Positions 49,745 through 62,225 of a stretch of 64,000 nt of DNA are shown piece after piece. Made by a program: the position numbers and the translations under genes. How positions within the stretch are numbered: the first letter of the stretch is position 1; the number at the start of each line of letters is the position of its first letter. The notes under the pieces were generated by a model. The model saw nothing but the letters and a program-made list of their open reading frames with translations, made no database searches and had not been told where the DNA came from. Origin of the DNA: Takakia lepidozioides (lineage: Eukaryota; Plantae; Bryophyta); contig CM060734.1 in NCBI GenBank assembly GCA_030704615.1, positions 18,786,001 through 18,850,000 on the forward strand. The letters run 5' to 3'.

Positions 49745-50585
49745 CAGTCGACCCTCCTTTATTGTTACGCCTTGGGAGTAAGAAAAAAATAACAATAACA
49801 AAGTGATAACATATTACCAATTAAAGAGGGCGGCCAAGACTCTTCTTAATGTAACAGTAAACCAGGGATGATTTCAAAAAATATAACATTTACAGAGTTA
49901 CATGTCAAATCGACTGAAAATTCTGTCAATAGTGTCATGTGGACAATTTGCAACCTGCAACGGTAGACTATTTTTCTACAGATCTAACCCTACTAGAAAG
50001 TCTCTCAACTAACCACCTAGGTTGTTGTTCTAGAAACATACTAATCACTTTGAATTCCTCCTCAACATTGGAAAATGTCACCTGTGCACTGGATCTAAAA
50101 ATAGGTTCGTCTTCGTCATCTTCAGTTTCAACGTTTGCACATGGATCAACGAGTTCATATATCTCGCTTTCCGTAGGTGCATATGGAGTGTTCAAATCGT
50201 GTTCTTACTCATAATGAACAAATTCGTGAACCCCCATAGTCGGAAACGTACTACATTGCATTATATAGAGCCAATTTGCTAGACATGGACATCCCTATAT
50301 TAATTCAAAAATTTAATCGTCACATGATGGTGGATCCACATTATTTATTTCTTAATGAAATGTCAATGGAAATATTTATGTTTCAACCTACTTTAGGTGG
50401 CCTTCAGTGTACTTTCCTAACAAAAAAATAACGTATATCAAGGGTCACTTTACAAAGGAGGGAGTACCATTTTTGTAACGTTTATCCCTACTGCAGAATA
50501 GTGTAAAATTTTAGGGAGTAAGAAAAAGATAACAATTACACCCCTCATAACACAGAAAGAGGGCACATTTAGCCAGGGTCGACTG
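49745..50585. mobile_element. Non-autonomous Tc1/mariner (pogo-type) element, 841 bp
   Basis: Perfect 11-bp TIR CAGTCGACCCT/AGGGTCGACTG, TA on both sides (49743-44, 50586-87), and an internal direct repeat GGGAGTAAGAAAAA.ATAACAAT near both ends. Confidence 0.88.
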
Positions 50586-51429
50586 TACTGTACTGTACCC
50601 TCTAGGAACTACCTAGTCCACGCATCACGCTCCTTGTCAACGTAGAACCTGCACCATTTCAACCCCTTTACTACACCGGATCAAACAAGACAAAAACTTG
50701 CCACAAGTAGAACGATGGACTCGGTGAACGGGTACGTAGATTCATTCACAAATGATGATTTGACTTGGGAATGCATGAATGATGTATGCTCCAACTAACC
50801 AAGCAAAGATGATCAAATACTCAATGTACTTTCGCTTGCAAAAGCTTGGCGGCGTGCCTATTCCTCCCCCTTCCTCTTACTTCTACTTCTCAGGCTGATA
50901 AAGCGGCCAAGTACTGCAATATGTACATAGAACCCAAAAGTGCACACAACTTTTGGGGGACTGTATCTATGTCTGTAGCAGAGCCGACGGCACATTATTT
51001 CAGCCTGTCTGTGTAGAGCCCAAAAGGTGCAACTTGTCTGCCACTGTCTCTCAACTCTGTACTCTGTTCTCTGACAGACGCCAAGTGGGACTTTGCATCA
51101 GATCCAGAGCCCACACCTCCTCAATCTTCCTGCACCCCCAAAACAGCTAGAGCATTTATCAGGGTTGCGCCTTGTTCATCAACACACAATATTGTATATT
51201 CAGACTGTCACGCCCTTCTTGCTTGCAGCTTCACTTCTCCAAACCTGAAGTACAACATTGAACCGTCCACCTCAAATGTCAATGTAGCTGGTGGAATCCA
51301 CAGACCCAAAACCTTTTTTCTTTTTCTCTCCTCAAGAAAGAGATTTGCACCCGAAGAGCCAAGCCAAGCACAAAGTTCATGGGAGGCAAGGGGAGGGGGA
51401 GAAGATTAAACCAGAGCACAGAAAGTAGC

Positions 51430-51488
51430 AGGTTTTGATCCCAGAGCAACTGGCTTAGAGTCAGGGCCCCTATCCAACTCAGCTACCG
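51430..51488 (-). other. tRNA-derived SINE-like head
   Basis: Minus strand GGTAGCTGAGTTGGATAG...CTGACTCTAAGCCAG...GGATCAAAACC has an A-box, an anticodon-like arm and a degenerate B-box. Confidence 0.5.
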
Positions 51489-53088
51489 ACAAATGGTCAC
51501 ACCGAAGTCCCACAGAATTTTTTTGTACAATCTCGATCTCGGTAGCTTCATTTTTAAGAGTTGATTTGTAAAGGGATTGGTTGGAATCAAATCCTATTGT
51601 CCTGAGACACTCCACATGGGGTCCCGTGCTTCCGATCTTTGCTAATGATCCTGTGCACTGCCCTGTGGTCTGCGGCTGAATGCCTCATGGCCTCAGAAAG
51701 GGGTGTTAATTGTTTATTTTCCCCCCTCAAGGGCTGCAAGTAGCGTCCAGGTTTCCTCTCAGAAAATTTATAAAATTATAAAGGCGACAGGAAGGAAAGT
51801 GAATGACTAATCAAGCATAACCCATGTCACTAAGTACATGAACCACTCTGGAGATAAAGTAATGTCAATATATTGAGATAAATTACTGTAAAAACTACTC
51901 TATCAAGTTTCAACAGGTTGAAATTGTTCCTTTGAATGAATAATTTGCACTACATACCTAGAAAGCACGTGAGATGAGAATGGCAGAGTGCATGGATCTG
52001 ATCCCTGCATGCAGCCCCAAGAAGGCCCATGCTGCCCTGACAGAGTCCAAAGGATGAACTTTGAAGCAATCAACCAACATCTCCAGAGTCCACTTGGAGG
52101 AGCGGTGGCCAAGTTGGGCTGACACGGTGGGTGTAGCGTCCAAAAAACAGCTTTTTGGGCGCAGGGAAGTGCACACTGCATTGGAAAATGCTCCACACAT
52201 CGTCAATGCTTTCCTTCTACACAGATTTCTCTTTACTAGGGTAGAAGCACCTATTGTGAACCAGGCCCATGTATGCTCTAATAAATGAATAATTTTGGCC
52301 AAAAATAGTGGTAACTATGCTCATCTACTGCACCAATCATGGCTCACACTAGTTTCTATTAATTTGGGATGTGGTTGGTAGGAGAAAGCGCCCCAACTTT
52401 AACTTATGACTGCACCAAAATTGAAACAAGACGGCTCACTATGAAAGAGGCCGTGGGCCAGAGCGATTGTAGTGGGCCATGTCTAGAACTACATAAACCA
52501 AAGTAAACCAAAGGATCCTCCCAAATTCAAAAGTGATCAATCAAGCTTGAACTTATCTGCTTTTGCCGCTTAATTTCACATGGATCAAGCAGCTTTGGCT
52601 AGAGCCATTGGATCACACACAAGATTCATCATTGATTTACGTGTTTGACATGGATCTAGCGAAAAATTCGTGCAGTACATATGTTGCCACTGTGCACAAG
52701 TGAGCCCTCTTTCCATACTTGCAATGACCTCATTAGAAGTGGAACGTGGTTTCCCTATGTGCTCTTGTGAAATACGCTATAGTGATAAGTATAGACTTAT
52801 CAAATACTTGCCTACTGCACATTGTTATTGTCCTCTTATTTTGAAAAATCAATTGTCAATTATAGATGCTATTAGAGTACAAGCATTACGTTGTAGATGC
52901 ATTAAGCCTAGATTGTTTCCTGCTTATTGTTGTATTTATAGAGAGTCTAACATTATAGATACTAATGTGAACGAGTTTACTGATAGTGAAAGGGATACCA
53001 CTGATTGTGAGTCATCAGAGTCTGATATAATGGATAGACACGAGTCATCACAGACTGATATAGCTATGGTATGTGGTACTGACGACCA

Positions 53089-55062
53089 GTGACTCCTAGT
53101 AGACGAAGTGTTGCAGACTGTCCTACCGTTAATTCACAATGTCATACCATCCCCGAGATAGTGAAACGGAAACGAAACAGTGTACCTCAAAAACCTGCTC
53201 GTAAACCTCAAGCTCCTGCTTTAATTCTGCCGCCTATTGGCAAGAAAAAAAGGTGCCAGAGAGTAGCATGGACAGAAGCTCAGATGGCTGAAGCAATGGC
53301 CACTGTGGAGGATGGAAATTTGCCTTCTATTCGAGCTGCAGCACGAAAATTTCATATTCCAGTCTCCAGCATTAGAAGATGGTTGGATGACATCACCACA
53401 TCAAAGAAATCTGGGCCACCAATAATATTGACGACGGAAGAAGAAAAAGACCTCGTCTCTTGGATCATACAAGCCCAACATGCCGGCATGTGTGTTACTC
53501 TACCAATGCTAAAATCTAGAGTCGTTGCTTTGGTTTCTGACAGACCACATAATCCTGGTCGAACATGGTGGAAGAGGTTTCAACTCAGACATCCAAAAGT
53601 GGTGATGAGAACAGCCGAAGGACTGGAAAGAAGTCGTGCATTGAATGTATGTGGGGATGTGATCAGTCCATTCTATACAAATTTGGCCGACGTTTACAGA
53701 GAGCATCACTATGAAGCTGGTCAAATTTGGAATATTAATGAAACGGGCATACAAGCAGGCCGCACGTTAGGCATGAGAGTCTTGGCGAGGAGAGGTTCCA
53801 GAGACGTGTACGGGGTTTTGCCAAAATCTCGAGAGTGGGTGACGATTTTGTCTTGCGTGAGTGCATCTGGACATGCATTGCCCAATTTCTATGTATTCAA
53901 AGGGAAATCTCGCATACCAAGAAGAAACTACATTGCAGATTGCAACGATGGCAACCCAGACAAAAGCGTGGATGACAACAGAGCTCTTTGCAAAGGGGTT
54001 GTCTCATTTTCAACGAAATGTGCCCAGTGGGATTTCATTGACTAATCGTCACCTGTTGATTTTAGATAATTATTCAAGCCATGTTTCAGAAGCTGCCATA
54101 TAACAAGCTGCAAGGATGGGACTTGATATCCTCACAATTCCTGCACACACTTCCCATAAGCTTCAACCGTTGGATGTTGTGTGTTTTGGGTTTTCAAACA
54201 ATATTTCAAGCAAGAGCGCAGTATGTTTATGATGCAACATAAAAGCGAAGTGGAAAAAGAGCACCTAGCGACTATTGCTAGCAAAGCTCTACAAAGTGCT
54301 TTGACCCCATCAAATATTCGTGCTGGATTCAGAACGACAGACATATGGCCCATCAACGTTGGTGCCATGGACGGGTGTTTTGGGCCATCCCAATGTGGCA
54401 AAGAAGATGCAGCGGCGAGGCTGCTGTCTATGGATTCAACTTCAATGCATGGCAGGGATGGTGAGGCTACTGTAATCACAAACTCCTTCCATGAGAATGT
54501 GATAGATATCAATGATGTGTACATGTCTGATCTCTCACACCTGGAAGTAGAAGCACATCTAGAGTCACAAGTCGATAGTGATATTCCAACAAGTCAGTTC
54601 TTGAATACTACCAGTAATTCAGAGCTAGAAGTTGAAGCACCACTAGAGGCTAATTTGCAAGTGTCTTCGTCTCTGGATATGTCATTTGCACAACCTGCTG
54701 CTTTTGTAGAACCTCGTTTCCAAACTACTGGTAGCGCTTTGGTAACGAGTGACCAATACATTCAACACATTCGAGGGAAAGAGAGCGCAAAAAAGTGGAG
54801 AGGGATAGACTATCGATAGCTAGAAAAATTCTTGCTGCACGCCAGAAGCTCGAAAGATAAAAAAAAACTCGCTTAAAGGCAGAGGAGGTTGCGTTGAACA
54901 GGTGGTATGTTTCATAGGATGCCATCTGTACTAATTTTTTTAGAGGTGGAGTAATCCCTGTCGACAATCCCTATATACCGCACCTTCGTCTTAGTACAGT
55001 TGAGGAGACTGCAGCAAGAGCTGCAAGGTTGCTGAAACGAAGAATTCAACGCCAAAGGGTGT
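53089..55062 (+). pseudogene. pogo/Fot1-like transposase (HTH-psq, CENP-B HTH, DDE_1), frameshifted
   Basis: WTEAQM...SIRAAARKFHIP, LTTEEEKDLV.W, WWKRF..RHP, IWNINETG and, after a frameshift near 53945, AWMT...LLILDNYSSH and PAHTSHKLQPLD. Several stops and frameshifts. TIRs not identified. Confidence 0.9.
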
Positions 55063-55178
55063 GAGTAGTTTACTAATCAATGACTTAATCTAGATCAACA
55101 GATTCTGATTTGATCAATGATTTAATCCAGATCAGCAGATTCTGATTTGTGCTTGTATGCATCAATGTAAGTCTTCAC

Positions 55179-55350
55179 TGTTGAAAATCTCTGATCAATC
55201 TGCAACGATTTCCATGAATTACAGGGTGTTCATAAAATTGATGTAAGGTTTTAGGATAGTCCCTTGTTGAAAATCTCTGATCAATCTGCAACGATTTCCA
55301 TGAATTACAGGGTGTTCATAAAATTGATATAAGGTTTTAGGATAGTCCCT
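55179..55350. repeat. 86-bp tandem duplication
   Basis: 55179-55264 and 55265-55350 differ at one position. Confidence 0.95.
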
Positions 55351-56051
55351 TCTTTCGCTCGTGCAAATCTCTTATGGGCCAAACATGAATCATAATGAGC
55401 CATAATGGGTGCAACTTGCAGCACATAGAGAATATTATGGACCATGGCAACAGTACCATATCTAGAACAGGTGGGCCACATGCTACCAATGGGGTCCCTC
55501 CAATCCTCCCTCAATTAAATGAATAAAATGGCGAAATTAGCATTGGCCGCAAACTACAAAAAACAAGCCTCACTAAAGAGCTTTCCAATGACACTACGGT
55601 GGACCCCCCCAAGTATACTATTCAGATTTTTTCCTCTATGTAGCAATTTACTAAGCCATGATAGGTGCTTCTACCCTAACTTATTTAGGGTTCAACCCAC
55701 CTTTCAGGGCTGCCGCCCTCACGTCAGCCCACGCTGGTGTCCCGTGCTCATCATGCAGCCGGTTGCTCGATGGGCTGTACCTGGCCCCGAGCCGCTAGTA
55801 AAGAGGCGCAGCCGGTACGCCTGTGCCGGGTCGACTGTGCGAATCCCCAAGAGATGGGACACTTCAGTTTGAAGAAAAAACGTGCGGAAATAATCAAAAA
55901 AATAATGAAAATGTGCGTAGTACTTTTCTTTAGTTTAATGAACAGGGGACAGGGCCCTGCCAGTGGAAAGTAGTAGTGTGAAAGCCTTGAGTGCATTTGC
56001 AAGTGCCTGGAATGCAATACTCGACATAAAAGATGAAATCATAGTATATTC

Positions 56052-57154
56052 CAGTGTTGGGCGGTTATTTGAATTTCTCTCTAATACCCGGCGGTTACCT
56101 ATCCGGTTATATGTATATATGACCAGCAGAGGTGAAAAAATGAAGTAACCGGTCCAGTTAGGAACCGGCGGAGGTCACACATTCAAATAACCGAGCAAAA
56201 AACCTCTTAAAGAACCGCCCAATACCCGCGGTTATTTGATGAAAACCGCCGGTTATTTGAGGTTTTTGCAAGTAACCGTAACCGGCAGGTTATATCTAGC
56301 CATAAAAAAATTAATAACGGCAACCGCAGGTTAATAGCAGTGTTGGACTGGTATCATGGTTTTTTTATACCACTAGGGTAAAGGTATTGGGATACAGTTG
56401 AATTATTGAAACCAGTATGGTACTGGTATCAAATGATGTATAAATTTAATAGCCTGGTATGGTACATGGTAGGGTGTCAAAGTGAAAATCTGACTGGTAT
56501 GATATTAAACAAAATTTTAAAAGTCATAGCAGCCTGGTATGTGCCGTGTCTGGTTTAAAAATAAAAATAAATTAATTAATTAAATGTTTTAAAAAAGGAC
56601 GGAGGCCCTTTAAATCATATTAAGATTTCAACTATTCACCTCCCTCAAAAACTATTGTAAAGGTATTTAAAATAATAATAATAATAATAATGGTTTTGAA
56701 AACAGATATTACCTCAACAATTGTTTTTGACCTCCCTCAAAAACTATTATTGAGGTAATTTTCTTTTCAAAACAAAATATAATTGTTTTGAAAACAGGTA
56801 TTACCTCAACAATTGTTTTTGACCTCCCTCAAAAACTACCCTAAACCCTACCCTTACGTCCGGTCCCTCAACCGACCCATGCAGGGTATTGGAGTGGTAG
56901 TGCGAGGAAGAAGACCAGACTAGTATGTTTTGCGCCAGGGTTTTAGAAGTCCATGTATCCTACCCCACCAGGGTATTGCCGGGTTTTGCCCTTGTAGGTA
57001 CCCGCCTGGTGTGATCCTTTATACCATTACCCTTACCCTAGTTGATACCCACCCAAGACCTATATACGGGTCCAACACTGGTTAATAGTTTTCTAAAATT
57101 TGAAGCAACCGGAACCGCCGGTTATGAAGACAATCAAATAACCGCCCAACACTG
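56052..57154. mobile_element. hAT-type MITE (outer element)
   Basis: TIR CAGTGTTGGGCGGTTATTTGA and its exact reverse complement, 8-bp TSD GTATATTC (56044-51, 57155-62), internal CGGTTA/TAACCG repeats. Confidence 0.95.
56338..57080. mobile_element. Second hAT-type MITE nested inside the first
   Basis: TIR CAGTGTTGGAC/GTCCAACACTG, 8-bp TSD GTTAATAG (56330-37, 57081-88), internal GGTAT/ATACC repeats. Confidence 0.95.
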
Positions 57155-57719
57155 GTATATTCTTGGCAACCCAACTCCCCTGGAAGGGGCAACCTAGACT
57201 ATTGCAGTGACTGACTCTCTTGTGGATTTTATTTTATTTTATTTTAAAGGAATAGGGGACAGAGGCCCTGGAAATTTTATTAAATGGTAAGGAAAAAATA
57301 ACCTTACATAGAGCCATGAAGGCAGAGGACTGAGGTTCCACTCCAGACTAGAAACACAAGGAGGGGTAGAATGATAAAAGGCAGCCAGAGAAAGGGCTGC
57401 CTCTAAAGCCAGAAATTTACAATTCCAGCAGAAGGAGCTATAAAGGAGAGATCAGAAGAGCTATGCTGAATGAAGAGTACTCAAAGAATCCGAGAGATGG
57501 TGCCATAAGAGGCAGTGCCAGAGAACCTACAGATGGCCAGCTAAGGAGTGACAAGATACAAGCAACTCCTAGTGTCATGAAGCAGAATCAGAATCAAGAG
57601 CTGCCCCTTTCCTTCTAGGGGCCTCAAATAAAAGCTGGGCTTTCGATTTCCCTTTCCTTATAAGGCTACGCTTCTAGTGCCTCCAATTTACTTCAATCTC
57701 CTCTGCTTCCAAAGCTGAA

Positions 57720-60047
57720 GTCCTCGCACTAAGAGAGCTGCCAACCTTTCTAACTATAGACCAATTACCTTACTCAACCCTTCTTATAAGATAATTGCGA
57801 AAGCCTTGGCCTTAAGACTCCAGCCCCTGTTCCCTAAGCTGATTCGCCCTGAGTAGATAGGGTTTCTGAAGAACAGAATGATCTTGGATAACATTCTGCT
57901 CTCCAATGAGGTCATGCATTCTGCCTTTCATGAACATCAACCTATTGCTATGGTAATGCTTGATTTTCAGAAAGCGTTTGATAGCATTAGTTGGTCTTAC
58001 TTGCTTGCTGCCTTGAAGGAAATCCATTGGACTTCTAAGTAAGTTGCTTGACCTTAGTGTTGATAAATACTGCGATCCTTGTGGGGCTGACTTGGGGTTA
58101 TGTTGGCTGCAAGACGGTCAAGCTCATGAGCTTTTGGGTCACCAGTTTGGTCATGACCTCAGTGATGATCTCAGATTTGCAGCAGTTCTTGCTAAGCTCA
58201 AACGAAAGTTGTCCCATTGGAGCTCATTACATCGAACACTGGTCGTCTGCAATCAGGTTCTTGAGGTTTCCACTTGGTTCATTGCCTCGGTGTGGGCTCC
58301 TGGCTCAGCCATCATTCGTAAGATCAAATCTATGATGAGAAACTTTATTTGGGGCGCCACTTCAGCCTCAACAAACAAGAGGGCATTAGTGAGCTGGACA
58401 CAACTTTGTCAAAAAAAGAAACATGGTGGCCTTTGTGTCATGGATCCCCAAGCTCAAATTACGGCCTTACTTGCCAAGTGGGTTCCTCGTGTTTTCACTC
58501 ACTTGTCCAGCCCTTAGAGCACACTGGTCAGGCTTCACATTGCTGCTGCTACTCCTAAATCCAGCCTCATTTGGCCTGATTCGATTAAGTGGAATATGGT
58601 ACAAGGCGGAAGGTCTAATTCCAGCCCAGGGAAGGGGTCGAAAGCAAAACAGTCCATTTGGTCAGCCTGGTGTAAGATAAGACCTTTTCTTGCTCAATCC
58701 CAACCTTCTTCTTTTGATGAGGTTTTGAGGCAGGCCTTGTTTGGGAATTTCAATAGGGATTCCAAGGCTTTAGTTCTTTGCACCAGCCGTTGGGCTCACT
58801 AGGAGTCTGCTGGTCTGTCTCACATGCTGCATTTTTGGGACTTGAACTCTGGCTCCATCATCTCTCCTAACTCTACTGCTCAAGGATTTTCCTTGAGAAG
58901 AATTTCCCAGGGCTGGGATGCAGTTATGGGCAACCTCCCCCCACGCTGGACTGATTTGTTAGCGCAACCTAACAACTTCATCCCCCCTCATGACTTGGTT
59001 TTGCTGAGGGTTCAGTGCTTAAAGCCTTCTTCGCTTCCACAAGAAGCCTCAATTCTTTCGCTGGAATCTGCTTCAGCATGCAGACTGATGGTACCTTATA
59101 TAATCCTCAACCCCTTTTGATGCCTGCAAGTGCTGAGTTCTATGCCAATCAAAGTTTTCTGCTGCAGCTCTGGTAAGTCCAGCCCTTTGCCCCCGGAGGA
59201 GCTTCATCACTACAATAGTTCTTTCATTTGGTTTTTTTCTGCCTCTGTTAGGTTGCTGCAATTTGATCCCAAGGAGTGGGTTTGGATGAACAAAAACCAT
59301 GACCATTTTTTAGCTTACACAGTCAAGCTGGGGTATTCCTTGATCATGCCTAAACAGACCTTTGAAGGCAAGTGGCAGAAGAAATGGGCCCATATCTGTG
59401 AACAAAGCTTCTCATGGAAACGTGTTTGGACTGATGTTTGGAAAAAACATAGGCCTTCCAAAATTGCAGGGTTCCTTCAAGGAAGATTGCGAACATGATT
59501 ATACCTGTTGGTGCTACTCTTACTGACCCCCCTTCCAACTGTGCAGTGTGTCATTTGAATTGCCCTGAGGACATTGAGCATTGCCTCGTGCTCTGTTCCT
59601 TTGCGCAAGCTGTTTGGTCTCGTGCCCTTTCTCTCTACTCTCATTGGAACTCTCACTTACTCTGTCACTGCCCTGCTTCTGAATAGCAAAGGTGGTGTTC
59701 ATTTTCACTCTTGCCCTGTTTGGGGATCCCTCAGAGGCATTGTCTTGTGGCAGATATGGAAGATGAGATGTGCTGTTGTTTTCCAGAGTTCCATGCCCGT
59801 CTGGAGAAGGCTTTATTCTTGGCTCATTTAGACATGTTGTCTGAGGCTAGGAAATCTTGGTTGAATCGTGTGACAGTTATCCCCAAATGTGGGAACAGGA
59901 GGAGATCCCAGCTCTTCGCTGCCTTCGACAACTCTTGGGGAAAAGGTCGGGTGTTCTGCAGGAGAGTTTCTGACACGTGGGTCATCTAGGAAGAAGGCCT
60001 CCCACCCTGTTGGACTTTCTGTAACCTAGTCACTTTTTTTTTTTTTT
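57720..60047 (+). mobile_element. Decayed, internally deleted L1/Tx1-like LINE ORF2 remnant
   Basis: YKIIAKALA, GF...R.ILDNI and LDFQKAFDSISW (57787-58020), then MMRNFIWG...VSW..LC..K..GGL and a C-terminal CAVC...EDIEHCLVLC zinc knuckle followed by LWQIWKMRC. The central RT is missing and there are many frameshifts. Confidence 0.9.
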
Positions 60048-60312
60048 CCGAGTAGGAGGGGTTGGGGGGAGAAACGTCACCTTGGCATGTTGTCCAAGAG
60101 GATCTGCACCTTCACTTTTTAAAATTTTATTATTTTGGCCTTAATTTTTGCAATGCCACATTGTCAGAGATCCTGTGAAGGAACACCACATGAGACTCTT
60201 ATTATTCCCTTCCTCCCACATAGCTCTTAGGCCTCCTACAGTCTATCCGCTATAAGTGCTCCCTGGGCTGGGCCCTAAGTGTTATCCTTCTATGTTTTGT
60301 TGGCTCTGTCCC

Positions 60313-60383
60313 GCAAGGGATAGAGGCATTGTGGAGACTTCTTGCCTAGGCGGAGAATGGAGAACTAGGCTTATCCATTAACC

Positions 60384-60471
<88 letters not shown>

Positions 60472-60830
60472 TAGTCTTTAGAAGGTTGATGGGACATGGG
60501 ACCTCCAAGGGATAGAGGCCTTGTGGAGACTTCTTGCCTAGACGGAGAATGGAGAACTAGGCTTATCCATTAAGCCGAGAGAGAGAGAGAGAGAGAGAGC
60601 CTAGTCTTTAGGAGGTTGATGGGACATGGGACCTCCAAGGGATAGAGGTATTGTGGAGACTTCTTGCCTAGGCGAGAACAGAGAACTGGCTTATCCATTA
60701 AGCCTAGAGAGAGAGAGCCTAGTCTTTAGAGGGTTGATGGGACCCGCAAGGGATAGAGGCATTGTGGAGACATCTTTGGGGAGAGAACTAGGCTTATCCA
60801 TTAAGCCTAGTCTATGGAGGATTGATGGGA
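60313..60830. repeat. Four-copy minisatellite with an embedded variable (GA)n tract
   Basis: Unit CAAGGGATAGAGG..TTGTGGAGAC...GAGAACT(A)GGCTTATCCATTAA...CCTAGTCT. GA tracts are 84, 23, 12 and 0 nt. Confidence 0.95.
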
Positions 60831-62084
60831 ATGACTCATGAAGCCCTACAAAAAGTATAAAACAACAACCACAAAATCAACAAAATCACATGACAAAGCC
60901 TCTTGTGGCGAGGCTGCTTGTTTCGTTTTTTTTTTTCTATTTTAGGGTTGCCTCAGTTTATTAAGTGGCCCTCAATACCTAACTGCTATTTTCCTCAAAA
61001 CTAGATTAATTTATGTAAGAAGTCCATCTTGGTTGGGCTTTGAAACCTAATTTGGGACCATTATTACACTTAACTTAAATTAAAGGCTGTCAGACAGTGG
61101 GATCATTGATTCATGTAGTTATAAACCCTTTGTTTTCACCAAACTTGGGTACATAAGTCAACTCATTAGTTCCTGGGGTATTTTATTCTAGTGTTCACTA
61201 TGTTTCGTCCAATATTCAAGTGTTTGTACAACAACAGGATGAGGTCAAAAGTCATAACTTCCATGATGATTACGTGATTACCAAACTTGTCCCTTTTTAT
61301 TTTATTTTAAAAATAAAAATATCAAAACTGAGCCATTTAGAGAAGAATATACCTAAATGCATGTTCAAGAGTGTCCTAGGTGGTTATTTTTTCCACCTGT
61401 TGTGACATTTTTTTTTTTTAAAAAAAAATTATGGCAAAGGGGACGGAGACCCTTTTAATCAAATTAGATTTTAAAAAGGTTCACAAAAAGGTGGAAAAAA
61501 TAACCACATGGGAGGTCGTAAGGCTAACAGAGGGGAATCTTCCCCGTAACCATAGCCTACAAGCTATCTGAAGAGGTGAGAAAGCCGAGAAATGAGAAAA
61601 CCGAGAAAGGAGAAGACAGATGGTGTAACGAGATGAGAAGAGGGAAGAAGAGTGCCAAGGAGAATGCTGATAAGCAGCAAAATTATCCAAGCCTAGAGTG
61701 AAGATGGACGAGAATGCCACACTGTAGTAGTGGACTGAAACAGGAACCAGGCTACAGATAATGGCAGCTACTACGTACTAGAAACGCAGCTGTGTTCTAA
61801 ACTTTGTGACGCGAGCCTTTTTGTGCCTCCAGTTGAAGTCCCCGTCATCTCCATCACAGGAGACATCCCAAGCAGTGGGGTGGGTGACTTGCCAGCAGAA
61901 CCGCATGACAGGTAGATAGGTTCCGAGTGTGTCATTTTTGCCCCAGGACTGTTGAAAATCATCGAGCAGCTGCTTCCCGCATTGTTCTGAAGATCTGGAA
62001 ACAGCTGCACACAGAATGTTCCAAGCTTTTCTCCCCTCAGCAACGACGCAATGGCGTGAGCGCGCGAGCGTACGCTCACGCAGG

Positions 62085-62225
62085 AGTGACGTGGCGTGAG
62101 CCTGCACCCACGCTGACGTGGCGTGAGCGTCATGTCAGCATGCTGACGTGGCGTGAGCGTCATGTCAGCATGCTGATGTGGCGGCAAATGATGACGTGGC
62201 ACTGTCCGTCATCTGCCATGTCAGC
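62085..62225. repeat. Short tandem array of TGACGTGGC(GTGAGC) with a 27-30-bp period
   Basis: Five TGA(C/T)GTGGC copies interleaved with CATGTCAGCA. Confidence 0.85.

Noticed and set aside
51903-52302. Protein-coding gene
   Set aside because: At best a heavily decayed LINE C-terminal remnant, with no supportable motif.
53089-55863. Fanzor/TnpB-type RNA-guided system (transposase plus structured RNA)
   Set aside because: No RuvC/TnpB-like ORF is visible anywhere near the hairpin. Only the DDE transposase is present.
56839-56855. Interstitial telomeric repeat (CCCTAAACCCT)
   Set aside because: Fewer than two full units, which is expected by chance.
62085-62225. ABRE/G-box enhancer cluster (ACGTGGC)
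   Set aside because: It lies downstream of a TE-like ORF with no nearby host gene start, and similar words flank the hAT end near 34000-34130, so a transposon subterminal repeat is the simpler explanation.
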